Counted from the first letter of the whole stretch, positions 26,454 through 39,965 are shown. The stretch: DNA of 63,947 nt, filler included, from Chiloscyllium plagiosum (GCF_004010195.1; 9 parts of 9 records of this genome joined end to end with filler, not necessarily neighbours in it); one strand, 5' to 3'. The notes: generated from the sequence alone by a model not told the origin. Numbers and translations: made by a program.

Positions 26454-27565
26454 ATAGAAAAGGGCTGAGCTGGCAGGACAAAGGTCATTGTCAGCACTGG
26501 GATTGGCTTGGTGACACTTCTGAGGTTCAAGAGTTAAGTCAGGTCATTGGGATCACTAAAAACAAGCTTTATTCTGTATCAAACTCCATGCTGACCCATT
26601 CTGGAAGTGTTTGATTGGGGCAGTGATGACTGGTAATGCCAAATAATACCACTCAAAGATGCTGAAAAGTTCCAGCTGTACAAAAACAATGTGTACCTCA
26701 GAAGTCTCTGCTTCAGTAAAACAGATCTCCTTCCTGCTCAGTCGCCAGTTCCAATTTAAGGTTTTATCACTGTTTAAAGGGACAGGATTCTCATGATATT
26801 AAGGAAATCTCCACAAGTGTTTTCCTCAAGCTCCATTGTGGCTGTGAATTTGTGCAGCTTCCTCTGTCTGGGCTGTTAATTGCTGACTGTTTTCTGTCAA
26901 TGTCAATCTGGAAAAGGGAATAAAGATGAAGAAGATTCAGTCTCTGTCTCGTGTGTGCTTTGGGAATGGCCCGAGCTGAAGCCTCAGGGAAAGGGTATAT
27001 GAAGTGAAACCCTCCACCCTCAAGGTCCGGAACATGAGGGAGAGAATAGAGAGGGCAATGGGGTCCCCGGAGCAGGAGAGAAATACTACAGTTAGGGCCA
27101 GAAGGGGCACTTTCAGCAGGAATGCAGGGCCTTGAGAAAATCATCCCTAATAAATGGGGAAAAGAAGGAAGGCAGGAGGGGACACTGGGGAACACAATAA
27201 TCTGATGGAAATTCACTCACCCATCTTTTAGGCACAGCAAGATCCCAGGTCAAGAAATGGAACTCAACCGTTTGGGAGCCAGTGTCACTGGGAATCATGT
27301 ATTGATGAATATGACCAGCAGGGTCTTGTTACTCAGAATAACAACTCCACAGGGTTTGGGAAATAAATATTCCATAAATTAGACCTGGGTTTTCTTTACT
27401 CTTCAAATGAGATGGAATTGCCCCGTGTGTCCCTGGAGTCAGATTGAGAATGTTCAGTCNNNNNNNNNNNNNNNNNNNNNNNNNNNNNNNNNNNNNNNNN
27501 NNNTTAATTAATTAANNNNNNNNNNNNNNNNNNNNNNNNNNNNNNNNNNNNNNNNNNNNTACACA

Positions 27566-27603
27566 CACAGTGATGGGCCTCGGCTTCCCGTCACTCAAAA
27601 ACT
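27566..27603 (+). other. 22-bp-spacer RSS (3' RSS of a truncated NAR-TCR V or first D segment)
   Basis: CACAGTG-22-TCAAAAACT at the contig start. Confidence 0.8.
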
Positions 27604-27905
27604 CTCAATGGAGATTGTTCCAGAAACAAATTGACAACTGAGCCAATCTGCCCAGAAAATCCCACATTTCTGCCTCTCAGCTGCAAGTCAACCAATTTGC
27701 AATTAGACTGCATTATTGTTTATAAAAAGTGTGTTTCACTGATAACAAGTGCGCTCTGATGGTGATGTCTTTTTTCAAGGCTTGTGTAGGTGAATCGAAG
27801 TTAGGAATGATTGATCCCAATTAAAGGAGACTGACGTGAGAAGTCGAACAACTGGAATCGGGATTGCAGTTCAGCTGTCATATCCAACTCCCAACAAGCC
27901 CTTCG

Positions 27906-27977
27906 AAGTTTTACACAGACTTATAGCACTGTGTCATTTTGGAGCAAGACACAGTGAAAGGAGCCAGCTCACATACC
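27906..27977 (+). other. D segment (16 nt, 27934-27949) with 12/12 RSSs
   Basis: aagttttac-12-CACTGTG tcattttggagcaaga CACAGTG-12-tcacatacc. Confidence 0.8.
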
Positions 27978-28289
27978 TCTTTACAATTAAATTACAAATT
28001 CTCCGTCCCCAATCGTTAATTGTGCGCTTGAAGTTCACTTCGCTGTAATGCAGGTTGATATCTTTACAATCTGCAGCAAGCACTAATTTCTTTACTCGAT
28101 TCTTCTTTGCTGATATGAAGTGAAAATCCAACTCATGTATTCCTGTGCCATTTGAGAGAAGAACAAGAGAAGAACTTGAGTTAAAGGAAACTTGGACACA
28201 GAGGATATGGTCTATTTATCTAAATCTCGTGAATACTTAGTTTGTTCAAGCAGGGTGCTGATGATTTTTGGATGATTTGAGGTACCATT

Positions 28290-28378
28290 GGTTCTTGTGC
28301 AGAGGAGACTGAGAGGCGCATTGCTGTGTTATTATGACCATGTAGATGGATCCGGAACGGCGGTTACTGTCACAGCTG
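28290..28378 (+). other. NAR-TCR J segment (coding 28329-28378) with 23-RSS
   Basis: GGTTCTTGT-23-TGCTGTG; YYDHVDGSGTAVTVTA is a NAR-type J lacking W/F; phase-1 donor GTAAGT. Confidence 0.85.
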
Positions 28379-30964
28379 GTAAGTGACTCTGCATTCCATC
28401 TTGCTATTCATTATGTTGCTGAACGATAGATTTATTTTTGTTAGTTTAAGTATAAAGAAAGTAAACAAATATCTTAGAAAAAAATCGCTTTTGCTCCAAT
28501 GCCGGAGTTGCGTGTCAGCAGAATATGCGTGTCAGGTCTTTGTTTCCTCGGGCGAAAAAAAAGAATGACACCTGGCCCTGAGTCAGCGGTTTCACTGTAC
28601 CTGTGGTATCAATGGCCCAACGGGTCAATAGAGGGATACCACCAACATGGCGAACAGGTGCTTAAATGAAGGAGTGCCGACTGTCTGGAATCGATTCTTC
28701 GAGTTACCTGCGACTGAGGGAGCTCCGTCTGTTGCTTAGGTCTGTAAGAAAGAACTTTGTACCAGGCAGAGATTCAAGCCCGAATTCCAAAAGTTCAACA
28801 AAAACATGTAACTCACGAGAAAATCAGAAACACTACTCAGCGAACCTCAGGTATAAGAGGTCTGGCTGTATGCCAAGATGAATTATCCTATTTGAGGAAT
28901 GGGTGTCAGGAATGATCGACTTGCTATTTCTTTTCAATTCCTTTCATATATGCATTCATCTGACCAATCATACTTCCATTTTACCAGCCTCCGAATTAAA
29001 CGTGAAACTGTAAAGAATTTTGGTTTATTTAATGTAGGTATTTTGAGAAATCGATTTGTTGTAATTGGAACCAGTTCAAACTGAAGAATGCTCATTCGAG
29101 ACAGCAAGTAACAATTCATCGAAAGGAATATTTGACAATTTCTGGGGCATCGATCAAATTACAACTCCTCATTAAGCTGTTGAGTGAGTCATACAGAGGG
29201 AAGGGCTGGAATGGGTTCTACCCTGAAATGATAGACATTTGCTCTCCTTAATTGAGAATGACTCGACTGGTTTTCGAGCAAGTAAAGCTACGCTTCACCA
29301 GGCATTCGCTTGGGATAGCGTTATTGTCTTCTGTGAAGCTATTCTGAAGCCTAAGCTCCATTATTTATCGTTTGAAAGAAGCGGAAGTGTTCTAATTTGA
29401 GCATATAGAATTTTAAGGGGTAGACATTATGTGGAATTTTCTCCAAACAGGAAAGTCTATCGAACGGTCACAATTTGCGATTAAGGGACAGCAATTTGGA
29501 CTACGAAGAGAAGAATGTTTTTCAGATAAACAATTGCCTTGAATTAGTGGCATTCTGTATCTCAGAAAGTAGTGGAGACCCAAGCGTTAACTGCTATCGC
29601 TGGTTCTGTTTTGCATTAGGAGCAGCGAAGCACGAAGTGACTTCATGAAAATCTTAAATACGATGGCCTCGAAACTGGGATGGATGAGACTGAGGTCAGA
29701 GCAATCGGCCACTAGCAGAACAAATAAAGTAACAAAGGTGAAGAAATGTGCAAAATGTGGAACTTGCCACCAGAGGAGTTGGAGCATATTGTATTGAATC
29801 ATTTATAGAAGGTTTTGAAAATACAGGGAGGAGAATGGAATACACCAACACTACTGCGTTAAATGGGCAATGTGAGTTAGATTTCAGGCAGAAGTGAAAG
29901 TTGGCATAAATGAGCAGCAATAAATCAGTTTGGCTGAATTGCCCTGTCTTCAGTTTTACTGAAAAACTGAAAAGATTTCCACTCAGAAAACAATAATTCA
30001 ATGAAAGTAATTGCAATTGAGGAAAATCTGAAAGGTAGTTTCCAGTGTGTAACAGTAAAACCACCATAGAGACAGTACAGACAGAACCAAACTGAGAGAC
30101 TGCTGAGAGACGTTTGTGCAGGTTGCCATGATCGCAAGAAAAGAAAAAGGCACAAAGGAAAACCAGAAATCAATTCATACAAAATTGAAATATTTCACGT
30201 CAGCTGTGAATGCTGTGAGAAGAAAGTGACGCGATTGGCGACAAAAGTGGATCAAAAATCGCGTATACTCCCATGAACAGAGGTAACATGCAGACAATGA
30301 TTGAACTAACCAGTGCTCATCAAACCCGTCGTTTATTTTGGATCAAACAAATTATTAGGTTTCCCAAACCAAAGTTTTCCATTTGCCTGCGTTTGGCCTG
30401 TATCTGTTTAAACATTTCTGCCCATCATACGTTTCCAAACGATTTTTAAATGATTTCACTATACCTGGCTCGAAGACTTCCTTGGAAATTCATTTCATAT
30501 ACACTCCACGCTCTGTGCAAAATAGCTGTCATTTTTGTCCATTTTAAATCTTTCTCCTTTCACCTTCACCTAATGCCCCCCAGCTTTCAAGATGACGACA
30601 CGATGATCGCTGGAGTTTGCCTGTAAACAGAATATGTGGATGCTGTCTTCTTCAGAATCCTTTGTAATATTTCCTACTGCACTTACGTTCTCCACATAGC
30701 CCTGCATTTTTTTTGCCTGATTCAGTTGCAATCGATTACCAATTTGAATTTTACTGTTGATTCTGTTTCCAGCTGCCGTTTTGGCGATGTATTGCACATC
30801 ACAAGAAGAAGATATGTCAAAGAATTGCCACCTCATCGCCTCATTGGTTTGCATTCTGATTAAACATAACATATTCAAATCTAATATCAATAAAATGCAC
30901 TGAATAACTCTCGTGATTTGCAATTTCAACAGAGACTAAATATGTGTTGAATGTCATCCCACAG

Positions 30965-31274
30965 GTTTCGGTTCCCTGGTGTCCCGGAGTCCACCACTCC
31001 AAACCTCTGCTGCGGGTGACACCGTTACATTAAGCTGTGAATACTCAGGGATCTGCCAGTACACAGTTTACTGGTACTGTCAGTCCCCAGGCCAACCTCC
31101 GAAATATACGCTTCAAAGACACACCTCAGGAGAGCAGAATAAAGAAAATGCTGCAGGCGGACGAATTTCTGCTTCTCTTGATGCTGCGGCGAAAATCGGT
31201 TGGTTAATGATATCGCAAACACAACTAAGTGACTCCGCTGTGTATTACTGTGCACTGAGTCGGCTCTCAGCCCG
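30965..31274 (+). CDS. NAR-TCR supporting TCR Vdelta segment (leaderless, CDR1 cysteine)
   Basis: Phase-1 acceptor in frame with the upstream J; LSCEYSGICQYTVYWY...LSDSAVYYCALS; RSS CACAGTG-22-ACAAAAACC at 31275-31312; no leader exon recognised between J and V. Confidence 0.88.
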
Positions 31275-31563
31275 CACAGTGATACACATTAAGGAGAGAC
31301 CGCACAAAAACCTGAACATGCTAGGAATTACAAACAGAGTGCCACCGATCACGGAGACAGATCTAAAATACCTGAATATGGGGTGATTACAAACACAATA
31401 ATACACAGCACGGAGAAAGATTTCAAGTAAATGTTACTCAGGGTGGAGTATATTGTTATTGACACAGTAACACAGAGCACGGAGAAACCCGCACAAGAAG
31501 CTGAACACGATGGGGTTACAGACACCCAACATCACAGAGCGCAGGGAGAGCTGCACAAAATCA
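31275..31563 (+). repeat. Tandem array of about 60-bp RSS-like units
   Basis: Heptamer-like starts at 31275, 31335, 31394, 31463 and 31523 with related spacers (cacggaga), nonamer-like ends and ctgaa...ttaca tails. Confidence 0.7.
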
Positions 31564-33130
31564 TGTTGGCAGAGGCTTGAGGAGGTGGACTTTGAGCTGG
31601 GGTCTTGGATGGGTTTGAGCCGGATTGTCTTTATCCAGAATCTGCTCGATTGATTAGTATTGATTGTTCGTGAATGCACTGTTTGTAAAGGAAACATCCT
31701 GTTCACGGGAAGAATTCTCGCTTTACGTAAACCAGCGTCTAACATAATGTGTTTCTTCTTTACACACTGTTAATAGAAAATCAATCAGTTAAGGAGATGG
31801 TGTGTTACATTTTACACAAGAGGTAAACAGCATGAGCAAATTCGTCAATAACTCGTGTATGCTAATTGAATTATTATTCGAACAGGAAATGCGTGTTGGA
31901 CAGATGGGAAACAGCAAAATTTTGAGGACTATTTGGTTTCCAGCTTCATGGGTGGGGATTGGCATGCATTCCGAGTAACATTCCTCTGTACTGTGTGAGT
32001 TCGTGATTTCAGTTTTCAGTTTATAATCTTTTCTGAAGAATCATAATTCTAAAATTACATTCAGACATCAATGGCATGTTTCATTTCCAAAAAGCATGTT
32101 TCTGAAACATACCCATCTGGCTTCTCTCCGGAACTACACACAGGAACATTTAACCGAAAGTATATACACTTAAATTGAACACCGACTGTCAGAGATCAGG
32201 GATTTTGACACAGCAACACTTCAGGTAATGTTCTGTTTTTTTTTCTCTAGTGTTGGTCAAAAGCAGGCTCGATATCATCGATTTCAAATTATTTTGAATT
32301 TTCACAGACAGTACCTTCTAATTTCTTCAACTACTTTGTTCTGTTTGTGGTTTGTGCCATCGTGGGAGATTGTTCCAAAGTCTCTGAGTTGTCGGTTGGT
32401 TTCAGTTTGGAAAGATTCAGCTGCGGTTTTACTGTTACTCAGTGGGGAGATTTCTCTTCAGCATATATGACCATCCCAATTCCCTCCAATCAATTGTTCG
32501 ATTCTTTCCCATCTTGTGGGGGGCCTAGCTTTCACTGAACTTTATATTATTAACAACCTGTAGAGCAGGTTCAGGACATTAACCTAATTTGACCCCACAA
32601 ATGTATGCCCATCACATGAACCTCCCTACACTTTACACTGAATGATATATTAACAGTTGGAATCATGCAAGTGTCTATTCCTTTCGCCATTCTTTCGCTA
32701 TCCTGTCCCATCTACTGCTTGCATGAGTGTTTGTNNNNNNNNNNNNNNNNNNNNNNNNNNNNNNNNNNNNNNNNNNNNTTAATTAATTAANNNNNNNNNN
32801 NNNNNNNNNNNNNNNNNNNNNNNNNNNNNNNNNNGCTGCTAGTTTCTCATCATGCCGTATCTGTTTCATTTTGATGTAAGTGTTCCTTTAGTATTGCTCA
32901 TTATTCAATATTTTGCAGATCAGCAAATGTTCGTTTGAAATAATTACAACGCAGGACATGTTTTAGGTTATCATGAATGTTTTCACAATCAAAATATATA
33001 AACAATAGTAGGTACATTTTCAGCCTCAGCAAAAGTTGGACTTTGCCACCTGGAAGGAGATTTGCCTGAAGACGGGTAAAACAGATCTTGGAAGAGGAAC
33101 TTTTCGATTATTTTGCTTTCTGCTTCATAG

Positions 33131-33439
33131 GAATTTGCGATTGCCTGGATTACACAGTTAAAATCCTACCTCCGCCAGTAGAACAGGTCTTACTGGACGC
33201 AACGGTCACCTTAACCTGTGTTGTGTCCAAGCTTGGCTCTGGAGTCCTGGTAACGTGGACGCGAGGAGAGGAAACTGTGAAATCTGAGATTGCTGACAAG
33301 CCCGGAGATGCTGCTGACACCGTGACCAGCACATTAGTTATCTCGACTCAAGCCTGGCTGAGTGGAGACCATTTCGATTGCTCAGTGAACGATCAGCATC
33401 TACCAACACCTGCGAGAGATTCCATTCGCAAGGAGAAAG
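33131..33439 (+). CDS. Penultimate IgH constant exon, IgNAR C4 / IgW CH5 type, intact
   Basis: 309-nt phase 1-1 exon, [24 protein letters not shown]...[12 protein letters not shown]. Confidence 0.9.
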
Positions 33440-33914
33440 GTGAGCAGTGAAGTTAAAACACAAAATAAGTTACTGTATTTGTTTCAAATGCATGTGCTAT
33501 TTAGGTCTGGTTACATCAATAACATGCTTTTATTGGGAATGAGCCAACACTGTTGGGACCATTTGATACCTAAGTAGCTGGTTTTAGATAAAAGATGGAT
33601 TAAAGGAGATTATATTATGATGGAGTCAAATAAGGCGAGGAGAAACCTGGTTTTGACCTAAACATCAGCATTGACAAATGGACAGAATTTCCAAATTCTG
33701 GGCTGGAATCATGAAAAAAAAACTTACTAACAATTTTTTTTTTACCTTTTTTTGTTTAATAAATTGGATACCATTCTGTATCCTTAGAAAATAAAAGTCG
33801 GTAAGTCCAAAATTGAAAATTGGACATTTAAACATGTCGTGAAATATCAATCCGTGCCGAATTGTGTCAGGACTTCTTAAAAATTCAGTTGCATTTGTTG
33901 CAATTATTCTGCAG

Positions 33915-34306
33915 TGACTAATCTTATGGAGCCATCAGTGCCCGTTCTCCGACCCACTTCAGAAGAAGTCTCCGAGCAAACGGTCGTCTCACTCACCTGT
34001 TTGGTGAGAGGTTTCTTTCCCAGAGAGGTTTTCATCAAATGGACCACCAACAACAAGCCGGTGAATCCCAGTAACTACAGGAACACCAAGGTGATGGCAG
34101 AGAATGACAACACTTCCTTCTTCATGTACAGCCTGTTATCGATCACAGTGGAGGAGTGGGCCAGCGGCGCTTCTTACTCCTGTGTGGTGGGACATGAAGC
34201 GATTCCATTGAAGACCATCAACAGAACAGTTGATAAATCCAGCGGTAAACCGAGTTTTGTAAACATTTCACTGGCACTGATGGACACCATTAATTCATGT
34301 CAATGA
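33915..34306 (+). CDS. Terminal IgH constant exon plus secretory tail, IgNAR C5 / IgW CH6 type, intact
   Basis: [17 protein letters not shown]...[13 protein letters not shown]...[20 protein letters not shown]; AATAAA at 34334 and 34343. Confidence 0.92.
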
Positions 34307-35419
34307 AAATCTAAAGGTTATCTTTAATAATTCAATAAAAATAATAAAGGTTTTTTTCTCCAATTGTGTTTTAAATACACAATCGTTTAATTAATTTCCC
34401 ACACTGATCAATATTACACCCGTCCAGTTAAAGTCAGTTATTAACAGGTCTAAGACTAGGGTCTTGTGCAGTTAACGCTCCCAGCTCAGATATACCCTTG
34501 TTCAGGGACAGAGTGAAGCTCACTCAGTGCAGAATTCCACAACGTACCTTTTTCTATGCTCAATCCCACTGAAACTATATCTGACAATACCATTTTCCTG
34601 ACAGAAGAAAATCATGCATTTTGATTCCTTGTTCCTGATTCCTGAGTTGTCCATTCCTGCAGAATTCATGTCAGCTTTAAATGCCACATTGTACCAATCG
34701 GGAACATGTTTTTTTAAAAATCTTCTTGCAAAATCTTTTTTATTTATGATACAGCAATTGGAAAGGAAAGCTCTGGGCACCAATCACAAAGAGTGCAGAG
34801 CAGCTCGAATCTAACTTTCATTCCCGGGAAACGAGCAGGGATCTCGCACCAAAGAATGAGTTGGAAATAGACATGGTTGAGCGTAAAGAGAGGAAAGGGG
34901 AAATGATTAACAGACTGCACTCTTATTCCCCCCGTAGAGTTTTCAAGGGAGTGACCCTGTGTAATGGGAACTAGTGACTAAGAGAAACAGTCAGCTTCCA
35001 GCTTACACTCCGTGATTTAAAATTTCTGTGACAGCAACAATGTTGTAAATGTATATTTTGCGATGAAACATGATACTTTTCAAGAATGTTAGACACTTTA
35101 TTCCTGTTTATTATCTTCCAAACTTGATTCCTCATAATCCAATTCTGAACTGGTGATTGGTCATGCCAGTTTGTCTTCGAGAGATTTGTCTCAGTTTGCT
35201 GGAGCATTTGGGATCAAACCTGATATTCGATCAGCTGAAGTCATTTTGTTTCACAGACTGAAAACTTGCAGATATTTCTATTCAATGTAATCAGACTCAA
35301 TTGTTATCATTCGATTAAAACTTTAACAATTATGAAAATAGACACCCTATGATGCAAGCACAGAAACAAACAGAGATGCAGTCGCATTTAACACAAACAC
35401 TCAGAAAGGAATACATCCA

Positions 35420-37075
35420 TGTTGTTTTGAAGTTGATTTGTACTGTACCTTTAAGAGAGAGAGAGAGAGAGAATTCACCTCTGAACTGAGAGATTACAAG
35501 CCCCTGTGTACATGACTAGAGGATAGTCCCAGAGTTTACTAGAAAATTGAAAATATGTAATGTTCGGCTGTGAAATGGATACCTGAGGTTTTTTTTGCTG
35601 TTTTGACAACAATTCAAAATAAACCAATCAGTATTAATTATGCCCCAGGATGATAAAAGGCAGTGCAGTTTGAATGTGTTACATTACTAACATTGAACCA
35701 ATGAGATGATCTGATGTTGGGATGTATAAAATGTAAACATTCTGAAAATTGGTCAGACGGCAACTGCCATGGAGAGAGAAACTCATGGAGAGCTAATTGC
35801 CCATCTAACACCTTGTTGTCAATGAAATTCGAAAACACTCTCTCTGAAAAGGACCTTTCCAAGTGAAACTTACTCAGATTAAAAAGAAAGAAGAAAAAAG
35901 AAAGAAATCAGCAATTGGAAGAGTGAAGACACAGAAGGAGACAGCGACTGTGTGGTTTTGAAATTAAGCTGATGTAATTTTAATAAGTGTCTTGTTGGTG
36001 CAGCATACTGCTGGAGGCAGATAGTAAGCAGTTAAGTGAAGGGGGGCTTAGAGCTGTGAATAGTTGTTGTTTGATGCTCATTTAAAAATTAATTGATGTT
36101 ATTTTCTTTAAATTGTGGAACTTAAGAGTTCGCTGCGACTCATATTTTATCAGATTACGAAGCAAGGCGAGTTGCTTCTGGATATTTGGTTTAATAAACA
36201 GAAGGGTTTACTACGATGTTGGAACAGGTATGGGAGCTCGAGATTTGGACAGGCTTTGATAAATGCTGTCATGGAGTTTGACAGGTTTGAACATTTCTGG
36301 GGTGTGAAAACCTCAAGCATATTTAAATACTTGCCGATTTATGTCCTACATCTTTAAATAAAACTTAGGTGAGAAAATTTCCTTCACTTCGGTTACCTGT
36401 GGTTGGCTAAATTAAAAGTGAGGGAAATGGCTTATAATATTGCTCAGACGTTTCTGGGGTTTGAAGATGTTTCCCAAATTTTTCAAGAAAGTTTATAACA
36501 ACAGAGGAAGATATATTTTTGGAATTACTAAATTGGGTTTAACCAGGGACAAAAAAAGCTGACATTGTGATGGAGTTGATCATGCACTTAGGTATATCAG
36601 AGAAACAGGCAAGTGCAGTAGAGTCAGAAAAAAAAACTTAAATTGCAATTGAGGCAAATGGGATGGGAAGATAAAGAAAGTGAGAGAAAGTTCGTGGCGA
36701 AGCAAAGATAAAGAGGGAGAAAAGAAAGGGAGAGAGACTTTGCAATTCAGAAATTGCTAATCAGTCAGAAACCTCAAGTTAACAAGATGAAGTTGAAGGA
36801 AGATACTAATATTTACAAGTATATTAAAAGATTGCCACATTTTGATCAGAAAATGTTGAAACTTCTTGTTAAATTTCATTTGAAAAATTGGCTAGGCAGA
36901 TAGAGTGGTCAGAGAACTTGTCATTAATGTTAGTTCAGACGAAGCTGGTCGGCAGAGCTAGTGAGGTATTTGCAGCACTGTCAGATGAGGGATCAAGAGA
37001 TTATGCAGATGTCAAAAAGGCTGTTTTTGAGTGCTTATGAATTAGTAATAGAAGCGTTTAGGTGGGGGTTCAGAT
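35420..37075 (+). mobile_element. Gypsy (Gmr1-like) LTR retrotransposon relic: probable LTR, degenerate primer-binding site and gag
   Basis: gag-like FEKLARQIEW...LVQTKLVGRASEVFAALSDEGSRDYADVKKAV; tgggagctcg at 36231 resembles a tRNA-Pro PBS; LTR limits approximate. Confidence 0.65.
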
Positions 37076-37149
37076 GTTCAGGTGTCAGATCTCTCGGGGG
37101 AGAGAGCATTTTCTGAGGAAGCAACAATCAGCCAGCGCTTGAAAGTGTT

Positions 37150-38918
37150 ACAAGGTAGACGGAAAGGAACTGAAGAATTGACTTAAGTGAGCTAGAAAGG
37201 GGCATTAAATAGCTTTAGCAGGCCAGAGTGACGTTAGGGCCACTGAGGGATAATGGAGAGAACGTGCACCTGGAGTCAGACCATGTAGGGGAGGTCCTCA
37301 ATGAATGCATTTCTGCAGTATTCACTATGGAGAGGGACTTTATCGTTTCTGAGGTTGGTGGTGAATAGATTGATGTGCTAGAACAGGTTGATGTGAGGAA
37401 GGAGGATGTGCTGAAATTTTGAAAAACATATGGATAGATAAATTACCTGGGCCAGATGAGATATACGCAAGGTTAGTACGGGAAGTGTGGGAAGAGTTTG
37501 CTGTACATTTGGTGAGAATATTTGCACCTTCACTGTCGACTGGAGGAGTGCCAGATGATTGGACGGTGGAAAATGTTATTCCGTTGCCCCAAAAAGGAAA
37601 TAGTGATAATCCTGGGATTTACAGACCAGTCAGTCTTATGTCCATGGTGGGCAAAGAATCAGAAAGGATTCTGAGAGACATATTACTTAGAAAACGATAG
37701 TCTGATTAGAGATAGTCAGCATGGCTTTATGAGGAGCAGGTCATGACTCACAAACCTTAATGAATTCTTTGAGGATGTACCAAAGCACTTCGATGAAGGT
37801 AGCACAGTGGATATGGTGTACATAGATTTTATTCAGGTATTTGGTAAGGTTCCCGGCAGTTGGTTAATTCAGAATGTAAGGAGGTATGGGATACAGGGAA
37901 GCTTGGTTGTATGGATCAGAATTGGCTGGGCAATAGAGGACAGATGGTGGTAGTAGATAGAAAGTATTCAGCCAGGAGCTTGGTGACCAGTGGTGATCCA
38001 CAGAGATTTGTTCTGGAACCTCTGCTCTTTGTGATTTTTATAAATGACTTGGATAAGGAAGTGGAAGGGTGGGTTAGAGAGTTTGCTGATGACATGATGG
38101 TTGGTCGAGTGGTGGATAGTGTGGAGGGCTATCATAGGTTGTATTGAGACATTGATAGGATGCAGAACTGGGCAGAAAAGTGGCAGATGGTGATCATCCT
38201 AGAAAAATGTGAAGTAATTCGAATTTGAATGCAGAATACAGGATTAAAGGCAGGAATCTTGGCAGTGTGGAGGAACAGAGGGACGTTGGGCTCCACATCC
38301 ATAGATCCCTCCAAGTGATCATCCACGTTGAGAGAATTTTGAAGAATGTGCATGGTTTGTTGGCTTTCATTTGCAGGGAGCTTGATTTTAAGAACCACGA
38401 GGTTATACTGCCGCCCTATAGAGTCCTGGTTAGACCACACTTGGAATATTGTGTTCTGTTCAGGTCACCTCATGACGGGAAGGATGTGGAAGGGTTAATG
38501 AGAGTGCAAAGGACATTTACTAGAATGCTGCCTGGAATGGAGGACATGTCGTATGAATAAAGTTTGAGGGAGCTGGGGCTTTTCTCATTGAAGCAAGGAA
38601 GGATGAGAGGCAACTTGATAGAGGTGTACAAGATGATGAGAGGCATAGCTAGATAGCTTTGTTCCCTGGGTAGAAATGTCTATCATGAGGGGACATATTT
38701 TTAAATAATTTGAGGTAGGTTTAGGGAAGATGTCGCAGGAAGGTTTAGGGGAGATGTCAGAGGCAGGTTCTTTACACAGAGAGTGGTGGGTGTGTGGAAT
38801 GCACTGCCATCAGTGGTAGTAGAGTCGGAAATATTAGGAATATGTAAGCGACTCTTGGATACGTACGTGGATGATAGTAAAATGGAAGAATGTCGATTGG
38901 TCTGATCTTAAAGTAGGA
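37150..38918 (+). mobile_element. 5'-truncated CR1 LINE (RT)
   Basis: YRPVSL, FINDLD, FADD, LVRPHLEYC motifs. Confidence 0.9.
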
Positions 38919-39965
38919 NNNNNNNNNNNNNNNNNNNNNNNNNNNNNNNNNNNNNNNNNNNNTTAATTAATTAANNNNNNNNNNNNNNNNNNNNNNNNNN
39001 NNNNNNNNNNNNNNNNNNATATGTTTATTAGAAAATGTCTACTTGTTTCTGTCTGTGAAACAAAATGATATCAGGTATTCGAATACCAGAATTGATCCCA
39101 TGTGCTCCAGAAAACTGAGACAAAACGATGGAATTCAAACTGGGACGATGCAAACACCAGTTTTGGATTATGGGAATCAATGTTAATCATTTGTTAACAG
39201 AGCCAAGCGTGTCTAACATGCTTCAAAGGTATTGTTTTGCATGGAAATTTAAAATCTTTGGACAGTAAGCAAGAAGCTGACTGTCCCTGTTAGCAACTGG
39301 GTTACATTACAGAGGACATCTACCATGAAAGCTCTGCACAGGGAGAAAGAGGACAGATCATTCATCGTTCCCCTCCCCTCTGCTCCACAACAACTTATCT
39401 GTTGACTCTCTTTGGTGTGAAAGTGAAGATACATTCTGTCAACTCATGCACTGGCGCAAGATCCCTGGCAGTTCCCCAGAAACAAAGGTTACATTCAAAC
39501 TGTTCTGCACTCTTTACGATTGGTATGTTCCAATCAAATTTAATTTTAAAGTGTCTTAAATTTACATTTCCAATTGGTGCAATTTGGCAGTTTAAAACTG
39601 ACATGAATTTTGTAAGAATGTCCAATCGGTGGAATCAAAAACACCAAGTTCAAAACTCGTGCCCTACTCTTGAAATAAAATGGACATTGTCAGATTTTGT
39701 CACAGAGGGATTTAGGATGGATAAGGTACTTGGTGGAATCCTGCAATGAGTGAGCCCTTACTCTGTCTCTGACCCAGGGTGTATCTGAGCAGAGAACATT
39801 AACTGCACAAGACACTCGTCCTAGACCTGTTAATAATCCACTTTAACTACACAGATGGAATGCAAGTCAGAGTGAGAAACAACTAATTCAGTATTTAACT
39901 CACAACGGGAGGAAAAAAAACACTTCATTACTTCTGTTGAATTATTAAATGCAACTTTGAGATTT

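Noticed and set aside
30965-31274. Reading this V as an IgNAR or NAR-TCR V domain
   Set aside because: It has a full FR2/CDR2, WY.Q and YYCAL motifs and a CDR1 Cys, which fit a supporting Vdelta
34350-38918. Transmembrane exons of the heavy chain
   Set aside because: No recognisable TM exon; the region is mostly LTR and CR1 sequence
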